Shown here piece after piece: positions 1 to 11,407 of a stretch of 64,000 nucleotides of DNA. How positions within the stretch are numbered: position 1 is the first letter of the stretch; each line of letters begins with the position of its first letter. The stretch covers positions 372,001-436,000 of the forward strand of contig CBFDEM010000044.1 of the NCBI GenBank assembly GCA_965603825.1, in the 5' to 3' direction. Source of the stretch: Blepharisma stoltei ATCC 30299. Lineage: Eukaryota; Protista; Ciliophora. Below the pieces are notes generated by a model that saw only the letters and a program-made list of their open reading frames with translations, ran no database searches and was not told the origin of the DNA. The position numbers and the translations under genes are program-made.

Positions 1-1
1 A

Positions 2-340
2 AGCAATGAAGAAAGGTTTAAAAGACTCGAAGCATGGAGTAAGCAAAAAGAGCAAAAAATAGAGGAAGCAAAAGCACAGAATTCAAATAAAGATTTAGAA
101 GGCTGTACTTTTGCTCCAAAAATCAATAAAAGACTTTCATCGAGCAAGCCAAAAATCGAAACAAAAGGAGTTGATAAGTTTTTACAAAGGCAAGGATTAG
201 CTAAAAAGAATAAAAATGAAAATGATTCACCAAAGAAGTATCAAACTGAGACCCGTAATGAAGATATTTCGGCGGCTGAATTTGAAAATGCGATGAAAGC
301 TCTTCATGATGAGCTACATTCAATTAATTTAAATATGTAA
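2..340 (+). CDS. 3' end of a hypothetical protein (5'-partial)
   Basis: Frame +2 is open from the window edge to TAA at 338-340. The translation contains a CTFAPKIN motif and a coiled-coil-like C-terminus. Confidence 0.75.
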   Translation, partial: SNEERFKRLEAWSKQKEQKIEEAKAQNSNKDLEGCTFAPKINKRLSSSKPKIETKGVDKFLQRQGLAKKNKNENDSPKKYQTETRNEDISAAEFENAMKALHDELHSINLNM

Positions 341-822
341 CTCAAGACTAAATAGAGAATTTGAGCTTTCTTATTGAATTAGTCATAAAAAATATAAATA
401 AATAAAACTAGCAATAGTTAACTGTGCCTGCCAGCATTAATGAAAATTTATTAAGATGGCATGCTTAATCCATTTATTGTATAATTTATTAAATATCTTC
501 TGAAAATTGAATCAAGGAATCATAGCTAAATCTATGAAATAATTATTACTTCTTATAAAGGATATTATAATGCTAATAGTTCCAAGTCTTTTTAAGTTCA
601 GTAAATAAGATAATTCTAGTTACAACCTTTTAATAATTTTTATTCACAAATTCTGTGGCCAGAATTTTTTATTGCATAATCTATAAGAGGCAATGCACTT
701 ATTAAATTGCAATGCTTTTTAGAATTTGGATGCATTTAATGTCTAAAAAATAGCAGCTTATGCTTTACGCATAAAGCTTTCCATTCTTCTCTTCTTTGAT
801 TGTGGAAATATTTCTTAATAAA

Positions 823-1941
823 ATGGTCAAAAACACTTATGAAACCCTTGGCGATAGAGCTCCTAAACCTTGCGCCATAGGAGATGCTCATGGTGTTGCT
901 ATGGCCTTCACAGAACCAGGCACAACAGTCACCCCATTCCCATTCCAACACCCAGAGCTCCTTGATAATGAAATTAGAATCCACGTCACTCATGCAGGGC
1001 TTTGCCATAGTGATATCTTTGTTTCAACTCTTGGTTGGGGAGAGAATGTAAACTTCCCTCTGGTTCCTGGACATGAAATCGTTGGAGTGGTTGAGAAAGT
1101 CGGTGAAAGAGTTTCTAGGTTCCATGTCGGCGACAGAGTTGGTTTTGGTGTTTGGAGAGAGTGCTGTGAGCAATATGAAAGCTGCAGAGAGTGCAGAAAT
1201 GGCTTTGATAATCTATGCCCTAAGGCAAAGCTTACCTATGATCCATACTTTGGAGGATATGCCACCTCATTCCAAGCTCACGCCAGCCACTTTTATAAAA
1301 TCTCAGACGATTTCCCAGGACAAGCAGCCCCACTTTTCTGTGCAGGATTGACCGTCTTTTCTCCTCTTAACACTCACATGAGAGCAGGCATGAAGGTCGG
1401 AGTTGTAGGAGTCGGAGGATTAGGACATCTTGGCCTCAAATTTGCGAGAGCTATGGGTGCTGAAGTCACTGCTATTTCCACAAATCCCCACAAAATAGAG
1501 GAAGCAAAATCATTCGGAGCTCACCACTTCTTGAACTCAAGAGACGAGCAACAAATGAAGGAAGCCGCCAACTCTTTTGACTTTATCCTAGATACTGCAA
1601 TCCAAATCAATATTGATCAAGACTGTAAGTTGATAAAACCAAGAGGGATATTAAATATCGTGGGTTTACCTGATGCTAGAGAGAATTTAAACTTCAACTT
1701 ATTTACGATTTTAGGCAAAAACATTAATTTGACTGCAAATCCTGTTGGCTCGAGATGGGAAGGAGACCAAATGCTTGAATTTTGTAGGGTGCATGATGTT
1801 TATCCTTTGGTTGAGGAGTATAAGTTTGCGGATTGTCAAGCTGCTGTTAATTCTTTGGCTCATGGAGTTCCTCATTATCCTAAGTTCAGAAATGTAATGG
1901 AAACTGCAAGCTTTATGGAAACTTTCACACCTAGCAAATAA
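823..1941 (+). CDS. Zn-dependent alcohol dehydrogenase, MDR/CAD-like (copy 1, no N-terminal extension)
   Basis: Motifs GLCHSD, PGHEIVG, a structural-Zn Cys cluster, APLFCAG and GVGGLG. The ATG at 823 follows an AT-rich leader. Confidence 0.92.
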   Translation: MVKNTYETLGDRAPKPCAIGDAHGVAMAFTEPGTTVTPFPFQHPELLDNEIRIHVTHAGLCHSDIFVSTLGWGENVNFPLVPGHEIVGVVEKVGERVSRFHVGDRVGFGVWRECCEQYESCRECRNGFDNLCPKAKLTYDPYFGGYATSFQAHASHFYKISDDFPGQAAPLFCAGLTVFSPLNTHMRAGMKVGVVGVGGLGHLGLKFARAMGAEVTAISTNPHKIEEAKSFGAHHFLNSRDEQQMKEAANSFDFILDTAIQINIDQDCKLIKPRGILNIVGLPDARENLNFNLFTILGKNINLTANPVGSRWEGDQMLEFCRVHDVYPLVEEYKFADCQAAVNSLAHGVPHYPKFRNVMETASFMETFTPSK

Positions 1942-2400
1942 CCTTTAATTACTCAAATCAAATTAAAATCCTATTCATAAATATTGCAATTCCTTGGAAA
2001 AGGAATTAGTGAGATTTCAATGGAATTTTACTCTGCTTCATTAATATTATTAGATCTTGATCAATTGTTTTATGATAAGAAGGAACTATTGTTGCTTCAG
2101 ATAGGAATCGGGACTGCTTTACAGCAGATATATATAAAAGTCTTAGAATTTTTGAAGAGATTTTCAGGATATATTTGCATGAAAACAATAAATTTGGATT
2201 TTTATTAAATTTTGATTAGAAATGAATGAAGTGCTATGAATTATCTATTACTTCTCTTCGAATTTTAATATTTGCTATTTATTAGATATCAATAGTTCAC
2301 ATAGTAAATTACTATTTTGAGTTTGAAAATACTTGCGTGATGACTATGTATTCGATTAAAATAATTATATATTAATTGTAATAAACTAGCAACATTAAAT

Positions 2401-4317
2401 TTATTGCTTCTTGGCTTGTCATGACAGCCTAAACAAAATCAAGCTTGTGATCATCCACATTCCCCAGCCCTCCAAAATAATAGCTAATATTGCAATCCCA
2501 AGAGAATCTTCAAATCCTTGCTGACCTAATGGGTCGCAAGGAATGCATCCTTTATCTGTTGCTGGATCACAAGTTTGGCAATATAAGTTTAAATCAGTGT
2601 ATTCATTTATACTTAACGCTTCATATCCATACTTGTAAGGAGAAATGTATTGTATTCAACTGAAAGCCGCTGGAAGTGAATTTAGATTAGCAAAGCTCCC
2701 TCCAAAAATAACGAAAGGAATAGTAATCAAAGGTCCTCCAGCCATTGCACCGCTTTGAGATTTAAACAGAGATCCAGTAAATAAGCCAAATGAGTTTCCA
2801 CACATATTAAAAAGCAGCATAATGGCATAGAATATAAAAAATTTAGAAGCATCATGATTATTTAGGCCGACAGCTCAATATACAATTAAGCATTCTAAGA
2901 GAACTGCAATTACCAAGTTAGGCAGCTCTGTTAGTGATTTTGCTATAAAATAAGAAAAGCTATCATAAAGGCCTTGGCCTGATTCTTTCAAAAATAAAGG
3001 CCGTTCTGATGGAAAACAAAGTAATTCGTTTTGAGAGCCTAAGGTAAAAGCTGTTAGTGAAAGCATAAACAAAATCCCATTGCGGTTTTGTATAGCTGTG
3101 GCACCTGTGCCTAAATCATTAAAAATCAGCACAAAGAGAATGCTGATTCCAATAGCTTGAATGAATTTGACTCTGCTAAAGATGACATTTCTTCTTGCAT
3201 TTTTACTTGCTCTTTTAAATAAAATTAACAATCTCTCAAAAAAGCCTATTTTATGTGGCTTTTCATTAAGATCATAGTCATAGTTTACTGTCTCAAGTGT
3301 TTTCTGGCCACTGGTGCTGTCTTGAGACTCATATGATTCTATTAATATTTTTAGAGTTTCCTTTTCTTCCTCAGTTTGTTCATATCTGTTCACCACATGC
3401 ATAATTTTCATATAATAGTCACTTGGAAGGACATGTCTAGGGCATTTATATCCTAGTGCTGCAAAATATTTTCTCGATTTTTTAGCGCCACCTTGATAGA
3501 CAAATTGGCCTTCACTCATAAGAATAAGTCGATCAAATTTATTGAAAATCATTGAACTAGGCTGATGGACAGTTGAAATGATATTTCTTCCTTTTTGTGA
3601 TTGCTCAACTAGCAATGTAAATACAATATCTGCTGTATAGCTGTCTAACCCAGAAGTTGGCTCATCTAAAATTAATATGCTTGGTTCTGTAATTAGTTCA
3701 ATTCCAATGCAAATTCTTCTACGTTCTCCTCCAGAGACACCTTTTTTAACGACACTCCCTATAACATTGTCAGCTATATTGTCTAGTCTTAAATCATCCA
3801 AAATTTTATTAACCCTATTTTTATGTTCCTCCAATGTTCCTGGACATCTAAGTCGTGAAGAAAACATTAAGCTTTCTCTCGCTGTTAGAGTTGATAATAA
3901 AGTGTCTTCCTGAGTCACATAAGCACAATGCGATCTATAACTAATTTTTCGAATATCGTTGCCATTAGCAGTTATCTTCCCTGATATATGGCTGCCTGAG
4001 ATACTGGCTATTTGCCCAGCAAGAATAGATATTAGTGTTGTTTTTCCTGCCCCAGAGGAGCCCATGATTGCCAAAATTTCGCCGGGATTAGAATATCCTG
4101 AAACTCCTTTAAGTATGCTTTCAGACCCTTTTTTAGTTTTTACAGTGCACTCGATTTTTTCCCACACAAGCTGTATTTGGATTTTTGAGTCACTTGTTTT
4201 TTTTAGAGATACCATTTCTACGGATTGGTCTCCAGAAGAATTATAGTTTGAGTTTGAAATTTCTTCAGTATTGATATCAGAAATACGCAACGCAGGACTT
4301 GGTGAGTTTCCTGACAT
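2401..4317 (-). CDS. ABCG/White-family half transporter (638 aa with UGA=Trp)
   Basis: Walker A GSSGAGKT, signature VSGGERRR, DEPTSGLD, HQP. The TM domain continues through TGA at 2875, 2656 (FS-W-IQYISPYKYGYEAL) and 2419 to TAA at 2401-2403. Confidence 0.93.
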
Positions 4318-4591
4318 TAAATCACAAAATATGTTAGATTATTCCTGATCAGAAGAAATGGTAAGAGTTTCTAATTTAAACTATATTTATTATTAATTAA
4401 AAGCATATGCAGAAAATAAGAGTTTTTTGATGATCTATTTTAAATTTATAGAAGTAAAAATGATATATAAAAATAATAAATACAAATTATAAGAAAAACA
4501 TTTTAGCAATAATTCTATGCATAAAATAGAATTTTACTAACTATTAGCAGAATATTAAGAATATATTAAGTTTTGATTCAAAATTAATCGA

Positions 4592-5026
4592 TTATTTTGA
4601 AATTTTCTTAAATACGTCAAAATCTACATAATTATTCCCATTTGTTACAAAGTGAATCATATTTTCAACATCAGGATCTGAAACTTCCTCTCCTAAGCAA
4701 TATAAAGCATACTTCAATTCGTCAGGTCCTAGTTGTCCATCATGATCTCTATCAAGGGCATCGAAAATCTGCTTCAGTATATTTTCTTCTGCTTCTCCAT
4801 CAAAAATATCATCCATTACTCTTTCAAACTCGGAATACTGAATATTTCCATCCCCATTAGCATCAATTTTTTCAATAAGTTCTTGCAATTCTTCTTGCTC
4901 AATATTTATTCCTTCGTTTAGAAGGTACTCTTCCAATTCTTTCGCATTAATAGTTTGGTCTCCATCTTTATCAAACTTTTTGAACATTTCTTGAATCCTT
5001 GCATGCTTGTCCCCATCAGCATCCAT
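4592..5026 (-). CDS. Calmodulin-like EF-hand protein
   Basis: EF-hand loops DKDGDQTINAKE, DANGDGNIQYSE, DRDHDGQLGPDE, plus a degenerate fourth. First ATG at 5026. Confidence 0.88.
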   Translation of the reverse strand: MDADGDKHARIQEMFKKFDKDGDQTINAKELEEYLLNEGINIEQEELQELIEKIDANGDGNIQYSEFERVMDDIFDGEAEENILKQIFDALDRDHDGQLGPDELKYALYCLGEEVSDPDVENMIHFVTNGNNYVDFDVFKKISK

Positions 5027-5062
5027 TATTATAAAACTCCTTTTTATTATATAGGATCCCAA

Positions 5063-5420
5063 TCAATTATGAAGCTTAAAATCGTACTGTGTAGGATTTA
5101 TAGAGTCTTTTCTGATATCTTCAGGTAAAAATCCAGATTTAATGCCTGATACTACACTTGATTGTATTTGAAAAATGACTGGATTGAGTTCTTTTGTGTA
5201 TTCCTCATAACCGAACGCAAACATATATCCAAATGAGGCTATGAACATTTCAATACAAAATAAAAACTCATGAATAATTATAGCAAATTCTTCAGAACTT
5301 GGAGTAAAAGTTTTGTTGATAAAATCTAGTTGCTGCAAAATAATTATTAAGGTACTTTGCTAAAATGAAAAAAATATCACTATTCTATTGCATAAAAACT
5401 TTGGTAATGGCTTATATAGG
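5063..5420 (-). pseudogene. TMEM184/OST-alpha solute transporter C-terminal fragment
   Basis: Translates as YKPLPKFLCNRIVIFFSF*QS...FLFCIEMFIAS..MFAF, matching the family motifs KFLCIK.VIFFSFWQ and LICIEM. TAG at 5360-5362 replaces the conserved Trp, and no N-terminal half is visible. Confidence 0.7.
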
Positions 5421-6239
5421 CCTCTAGAAATTTATATCACAAAATTACTAGTCAGCAAGCGTAGTTAGCTTCTTTAAATATTAATATTTTATATGCTATA
5501 ATTCTCTCTATTGATTTCTTTTTAAATGCCCTGAACTACTCTTTGCAAATTTAATTCTATAATTATTATACTTTTTTTAATAAACTAAAAAAATAAATGA
5601 ATAATTAATGACAACTGAAAGCATTATCAATGATGTCCCGAGATATTCTCACCATGGATCATATAGTATCAAAATAACGCAATGCCTAATCCGTACAAAA
5701 AAATTTATCAAAAGCGCCGCGCAAGCCAGAAAATCTATTTGAATTCTGAATAAATTGAGAAACTTGTAGATGCTCCAAAAGCTTCATAAATCTTTATTAG
5801 TAAAAAAGTGCCCAAAGTCCCTAGCTCTTCCTTTTTATCCGTAACACGAGAAAAAAATTAAAAAATTCAAAAATCAAATTACAGTGATGCTCCGCCTTCA
5901 ACAAAATATTCCCCAAACTATTTTTGAATCAGACTTAGAACACCCACTAATGTTCAATTAAGAGAAACCCAACGATCAAGCGTACCAAGAGACTTAAAAG
6001 TGTTTTGTCTGATTTTTTCGATGAAAAAGATTTAGAATGGAATATCCATATAAAGCTGAAAGAAAATCTGAGCTTCAAAAAGCAATAAATTTAAGCGATT
6101 TAATGAATTTAGCTGAAATTAGAAGATGTAAAAAGAAAAAAAAAAGCGCTAAATATTGCCAGTCTCACATGGCAAAAATTTCTTTTAGCAAAATAATTAT
6201 AAGATTAATATGCAAGCAATGCATTTATTGGTAAGAAAT

Positions 6240-7496
6240 TTAATTACCTGAAGAATTCCTTTTATTTTGAATTGCTTTCTGAAGAAATCCATGTCAAGCA
6301 GAGGATTCGTTGTTTGGATCTAGTGCTGCAACAAATTCATCAATTCCTTTCATATTCGCAAGCTTGTAATGAATAAAATGGTGCAGGCTCTTCCTGTATT
6401 TCCTTAATTGTGGTAGATCACCTAACGTAAAACTATAATTTCTATCTAGAAATGAGTCCATAAAAGAGTTTACATCTTCCTTATTTACATTTCTATCTTC
6501 AATGAAGAGATCAATCTCCCAAAACCCTTGTGGCTTCCTAATGAAAAAGCTTTTTGTAGCATCACAAAGCTGATTCTCAATATGTTCGATTACTTCTCTA
6601 TGCAGAGATTTTAAACTTGCTTCTCTCAATTCAAAATCAATATTAGCATTTTCAACCTGTAGCTTGTCTATTATATTTCTCAAGTCTCTTATCTCTTTAT
6701 TATAACTATCAATTTCATTTCGCAGTCTATTGATTTCTGTTTTAAGTTGTTTTCTTTCTTTTTTATCTTTTTTGCGTTTTTCTCTTGTTTTTTCACTTTC
6801 TTGTCTGCTTCTTACTTCTGCTTCATTCATATTTCTTTCCATTGTTTTCATATTTCTTTCCATTGCTTTAAATTTTTCTTCCGTAGTATTTTTATACTGA
6901 GTAAATTGGCTTATCATTTTATTTTGTAATTCTGTTGAGCGTGACATTGAGCTTAGTGCTTCCATGTGTTTGCTTTTTTCATTTTCTAGTTCACTCAATA
7001 ATTTTTCTTTTTCAGCCGTTAATTTTAATGCATCTTTTTTAAGTGATTTCAATCCTTTTGTCAACTTTTGCACCAGGAGTTCTTTTTCAAGGGCATCAAC
7101 ATTCTTCGATTCTTCTTCTATGCAATGTTTCATTTGCTCTGAAATGAGTTTGACTTTGATATCTATTTCTTTGAGCTTGCTGTCAAACAAGGCTAATTTT
7201 TTTGTAAGGTCTGGCTGTAATTCGAGAGAAACTATTATTGCGGAGTGCTTGATTTTAATTTCTGCAGCTTCATCCTCATTTAGAGGCTGGTCTTGATGTT
7301 GCGTTCTGATGAGTTCTAATCTGATTTCTTCTCAATCAATTTTAGCGCCAGATACTATGATGTTGAGACTGCTCAGTGCTTGGTAGATATCTTGAAGTTT
7401 TTGACTACTTTGCTCGCTTCCTTCTTTGGTTGTGCATTGATATGACTGAATGATGCTGCTGGGGCTGGAGTGTGGGAGATCGAATGATTTTTCCAT
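6240..7496 (-). CDS. Coiled-coil hypothetical protein (418 aa with UGA=Trp)
   Basis: ATG at 7496 to TAA at 6240-6242 with two in-frame TGA. E/K-rich heptads and a short MERNM tandem repeat. Confidence 0.7.
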
Positions 7497-8390
7497 ATAT
7501 TTATTAAAGATATAATTTAGCTTAAGATACGCTATCGATATAATTATATCAATAGTAGGTTTGGACTTTGGGAATATCTGGAAATTTGTAAAAAATTTAT
7601 AGACTTAATTATCTAAATTCTAAGCCTTTATTATAACTCCAGTTCAATTATATGCTTAAAAATCAGAATAATTTCCAAAATAATTACTTAATTGATTTAT
7701 TCTAAATTGACAGCCATCAAGCTTCTAAATTATTATCAACGTCTTAAATCCCTTAGCAAATTAGCTAAAAATCAATATTTACATTGAAAAATAATCCTCA
7801 ACCCCAGGAAATTTTATTGACCATATGAAAAATTTGAATTTCCCATATTTTAGAATTTAAAAAGAATCTAAGTCAAAATAACTTCAAATTTAACACCTTT
7901 GAGCAGTCTGAAAGTATTTTAGAATATTTTTTATTAATACAAAATCATATCAATCAGTAATGCAGACAAAAACCATCAAAGATCCTCTAATGCTTTTATT
8001 TGCCTAATACAATTATTTATTTCAAGCTAATAATTTAAAGTTTAGCAAATAATTAAATATTAGCCTAAATAAATAAAAATGAGACCAAATATAATATAAG
8101 GCAATAGAGCATATACTCCACATAAACTTTTTCTTCAGTTTTCCCTGAGCTTTTATTCTCTAATTGCATCCTCAAGCACAAGCACGCTGCTAATACTGCT
8201 GTTCCAATGCTACAAAAAAAAGCTGATAGAAATGCATTGAATGGAAAGCTTCCAGCAATTTTCATATAAATATACTGAATTGTTGTCAAAATTAAGTTGA
8301 AAGAATAAAAAGATTAATTAGCTTCGTTCTTTTCTAAGTCTCCTTTGAGTATTTCTCCTTTAGCATTTAAAAGACTCTTGCATGGAATTT

Positions 8391-8406
8391 ATTACTTAGG
8401 AAGCCA
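8391..8406. repeat. Target-site duplication, left copy ATTACTTAGGAAGCCA
   Basis: 15/16 identical to 8917-8932. Confidence 0.85.
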
Positions 8407-8916
8407 ATGACCGCTAAACCTGAAAAATTACTAAAATATATAGAACTCTGTTGGGAGAGAGAAGCCGGTCTGCCCATGTATCTAATTGGGGCAAATGAAA
8501 TGTGCTGAGCTACTGGTACAATCTTTCGGCTTAGGACTCGCTCCAATTCACAAATGGGTGTAAATTCATCAGGCATCTGTTGAATCACCAAAATGCCGAT
8601 ACTGTGGTGCTGAAGTTGAAGATGAAATTCATGTAATTGAATTATGCAAGACTTATGAAGAAAGTAGAGTTAAGATTATCAAGTATTTATCAGAACTGTT
8701 AATGGAAGATTTCTCTCAGATGACTCTGAGCGAGATAATCTTGTGTAGTTGGAAATTTGAAAAGATTTTGAAGCTGAAACATAGGGAAAAAAATTGGAGA
8801 ATAAATGGAAGGATTAGACTTTTCCTTCGGGAAGTTGTAAAAACTAGGAAATTATTAGGGGATAAATTTGGTCCGAATTAAATGGATGATAAAATCATAA
8901 AATAATAATAATAATA
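8407..8916 (+). mobile_element. 5'-truncated non-LTR (LINE-like) retrotransposon remnant
   Basis: Encodes FRLRTRSN, then after a frameshift SPKCRYCGAEVEDEIHVIELC (C-X2-C-X8-H-X4-C knuckle of a LINE ORF2 C-terminus). TAA at 8879-8881, an (AAT)6 tail at 8901-8918, and flanking 16-bp direct repeats. Confidence 0.85.
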
Positions 8917-8932
8917 ATTACTGAGGAAGCCA
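8917..8932. repeat. Target-site duplication, right copy ATTACTGAGGAAGCCA
   Basis: Directly follows the (AAT)n tail; 15/16 identical to 8391-8406. Confidence 0.85.
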
Positions 8933-9120
8933 TTTAATAATTATATTAGAAATATTAATTATGATCCTGCATACATACATTTGATATCAGGCTTAAAGAA
9001 ATGCCAAATTGTTTGCATAGCATATGAATAGAGCCTATCAAAGACCATAGCTCATAAGTACCTCCAATCCCATATATCAAAATTAAGCCCTTATACATTA
9101 TTGAAACTACTATCTCAAAT

Positions 9121-10188
9121 CTACAGACAAATATACAGCCTAGCAATTTTATTTTTAGTAAATATATTTGGAGCTCTTTTTATAGACTCTCGGACATCTT
9201 TTACACTATGTAAGGAGTTTAAAAACGGCAATAATTTATGCAGCTCGCAGTCAGTCATATCTCCATATCAGCTTGATATTAAAATCCCATTATCTTTTTG
9301 ATTAGAAATGCAGCTTCACGAATTATCAATAATGATTATATCTTTTAAATTTCGGTTGGAGAAAATCCGTAAGTCTTTTACTTTATATCTCCCTTTGTGG
9401 ACGCAGCTTTCTCTATATATTCTTCTTGCAAAATACTTATGCTCTGGATCTAGCGAATCCAAGACGGGATCTGCATAGAATGAATTTGAAGCTGTAAAAA
9501 CAAAAACTTCAAAATTCTTGTTCACTTCGTGTAAAAATTCTCTTGTAAAAGGGCGAATTTTTAGACCAAGTCTTTCAATCGTACCATTTGGTAGCTTGAT
9601 TTTGATAATAATATCATTTTTATCAATATATTTTGAGCAGTGAACCAGAGTTTCATCCAAGTCTAAAATAATTGTTTTAGGAAACTTGCTATGAGGAAGC
9701 GCTATTCTTTTTCTCACAATTTCTTCAAGTTCGTTATCGAAATTCTTCCTATGCAGGTTGATTGGAATTCTTTCTGAGTTATCACACATATTATTTGATT
9801 TTTCTGGCAAAAAATTTCTGGGGCTGAATACTGCTGGCTTGTAAAGAGAATGGAGAGGGTATTGTTTTGGCTTATAAAAGCCACTTAATGTAATAGATGG
9901 CAAAAAAGCTTTATCGTTTTGCAGATTTATTTCAGATAGATTTACTGAAGGAAGAATTTGGTCTGAGGCTTCCAGTTTTGGTTTTTGCTCTAAAATGTTT
10001 GGCATTGACGAAGTTCCATTATTTACAATAGTCAACCCTTCATTTAGGGGCAGCGAAGATTTTCTTCAATCCCTAATTGTTGCATTAGCTTGTATCGATC
10101 TGTTAAATGTTGGATGCCTCTCTCCAAGTCTGCTAGTAAATAAATTTGAAAAGGAATGAGAATTTTTCCCTGAATTACAATTTGACAT
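9121..10188 (-). CDS. CTD small phosphatase-like protein (NIF/FCP1 HAD domain), copy 1
   Basis: DLDETLVHC, IRP, VFTAS, KDLR, IIIDNS, then NGILISS-W(TGA)-YGD. ATG at 10188 to TAG at 9121-9123. Confidence 0.9.
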
Positions 10189-10212
10189 ATTTTAAATAAT
10201 GAATTATCAGTA

Positions 10213-11292
10213 TTATACAAAAAAAGCTGTGTAAAAAGGTAACTCTTTGGCAATATAAGATCCTGTAATATCTAAGAAAAATAGCCCATGATGGTTCATC
10301 CGACTATGCATTTTTTCAATTGTAATTCCATCTTTATTTTTCGCAATTTTTTCAGCAAAAAACTCAGCAAGTCTCCTTCTCTTGATATTGACCGCATCGA
10401 GATGGTTAACAAATAAGCTAAGCCCGTGCTTTCCTGGCTCTTTTGGGGTAATTAATGGTGCCACTTCATCACTTAAGCACTCTTGGTTTGTCCGAATTTC
10501 CAAAAATCCGACTTCATTATGTGACCCTGATAAAACATCAAGGAATAAATAATTTCTTAAAATATTGGCTTCATCTCATAGGATTTTGTAGAATGCTTTG
10601 ATAAACAGCTGAATTACATTTGGCCTTATAGAGTATAGTTCAGGATACTCTAGCATTAACTTAATATGAGAATCCCCTATATTGTTTGGATCAGAAATAA
10701 CGTCTAATAAGTCGTCGATAAGTGTTTTTCTTGGATTCATTATATCTAATCCTTCTACTGAAAGTTCTCGTTCTATATGAGAAATAGAATAGTCATCAGT
10801 GCACATATAAAAATGCTCTGAATCCATAAGACTCAGCCAGTCTTCTAAGTAGCGATCAACATCATCCTGATCCAAAGATTTTTCTGTAATATCTTCAAAT
10901 ACAAGTAAAGCCAAAATAAATTCACCAGCATCCCCGCCTGGCGTCCCTAAGATTTCTCTATTAATTCTTCCATCTAAACAGCCAAATGAATTTTTACTAG
11001 ATTTCACATAAGTAAAATTCTTACTTGAAAGCTTTTCGCTGACGGTTTCATAACTAGCTCCCTCTCCTTCTTTATCCTGAGAAAGCTTGATTTTACTTGG
11101 ATGACATTTTACCCCTTCAATTTTTTTAACAGCCACATCAGAGCAGTCACATGCAATTTTATAATTTTCATCGTAAACTTGCAAATTACTTTCAAACTTT
11201 TGATAGTCATCGTCAGTTTTTTCTAGGCCTATATTTGTATTTAATTCAATAGCTGCTTGCACGATAATCCCTAACAAAATTGCAAACTTCAT
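10213..11292 (-). CDS. Secreted protein with a CxDGR/TPGGDAGE motif (carbonic-anhydrase-like fold?)
   Basis: Two track ORFs join in frame through TGA at 10576. Hydrophobic signal peptide MKFAILLGIIVQA, then GCLDGR...LGTPGGDAGEFILAL. The gene model is well supported; the function is inferred. Confidence 0.7.
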
Positions 11293-11407
11293 AATTAGAC
11301 ATTTACGTTAATTAATTCCTGAGCATAAATGAGAAGTAGCCTGGTATTTTATATAGTATCTATTGAGTGGGCAATTATATTGATTTTATAATAAATTATT
11401 ATATCAA

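Larger units (their letters stand above)
8065..8933 (-). pseudogene. DAD1: DAD1/OST2 oligosaccharyltransferase subunit pseudogene interrupted by a retroelement
   Basis: GSFPFNAFLSAF..(C)LRMQ is diagnostic of DAD1. ATG GCT TCC TCA GTA at 8933 is separated from the rest of the gene by a 510-bp insertion. There is also an in-frame TAG (8334-8336) and single-base frameshifts near 8366 and 8300. Confidence 0.85.

Noticed and set aside
1984-2208. Short ORFs downstream of ADH copy 1
   Set aside because: Non-ATG starts, AT-rich, no motifs.
5360-8336. In-frame TAG codons in TMEM184 and DAD1 as evidence of an ambiguous, Condylostoma-like code
   Set aside because: They occur only in genes that are also truncated or frameshifted. 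Intact genes have no internal TAA or TAG other than within introns.
11269-11276. CCCTAACA, one heterotrich telomere-like unit
   Set aside because: A single copy inside a signal-peptide coding region, expected by chance.
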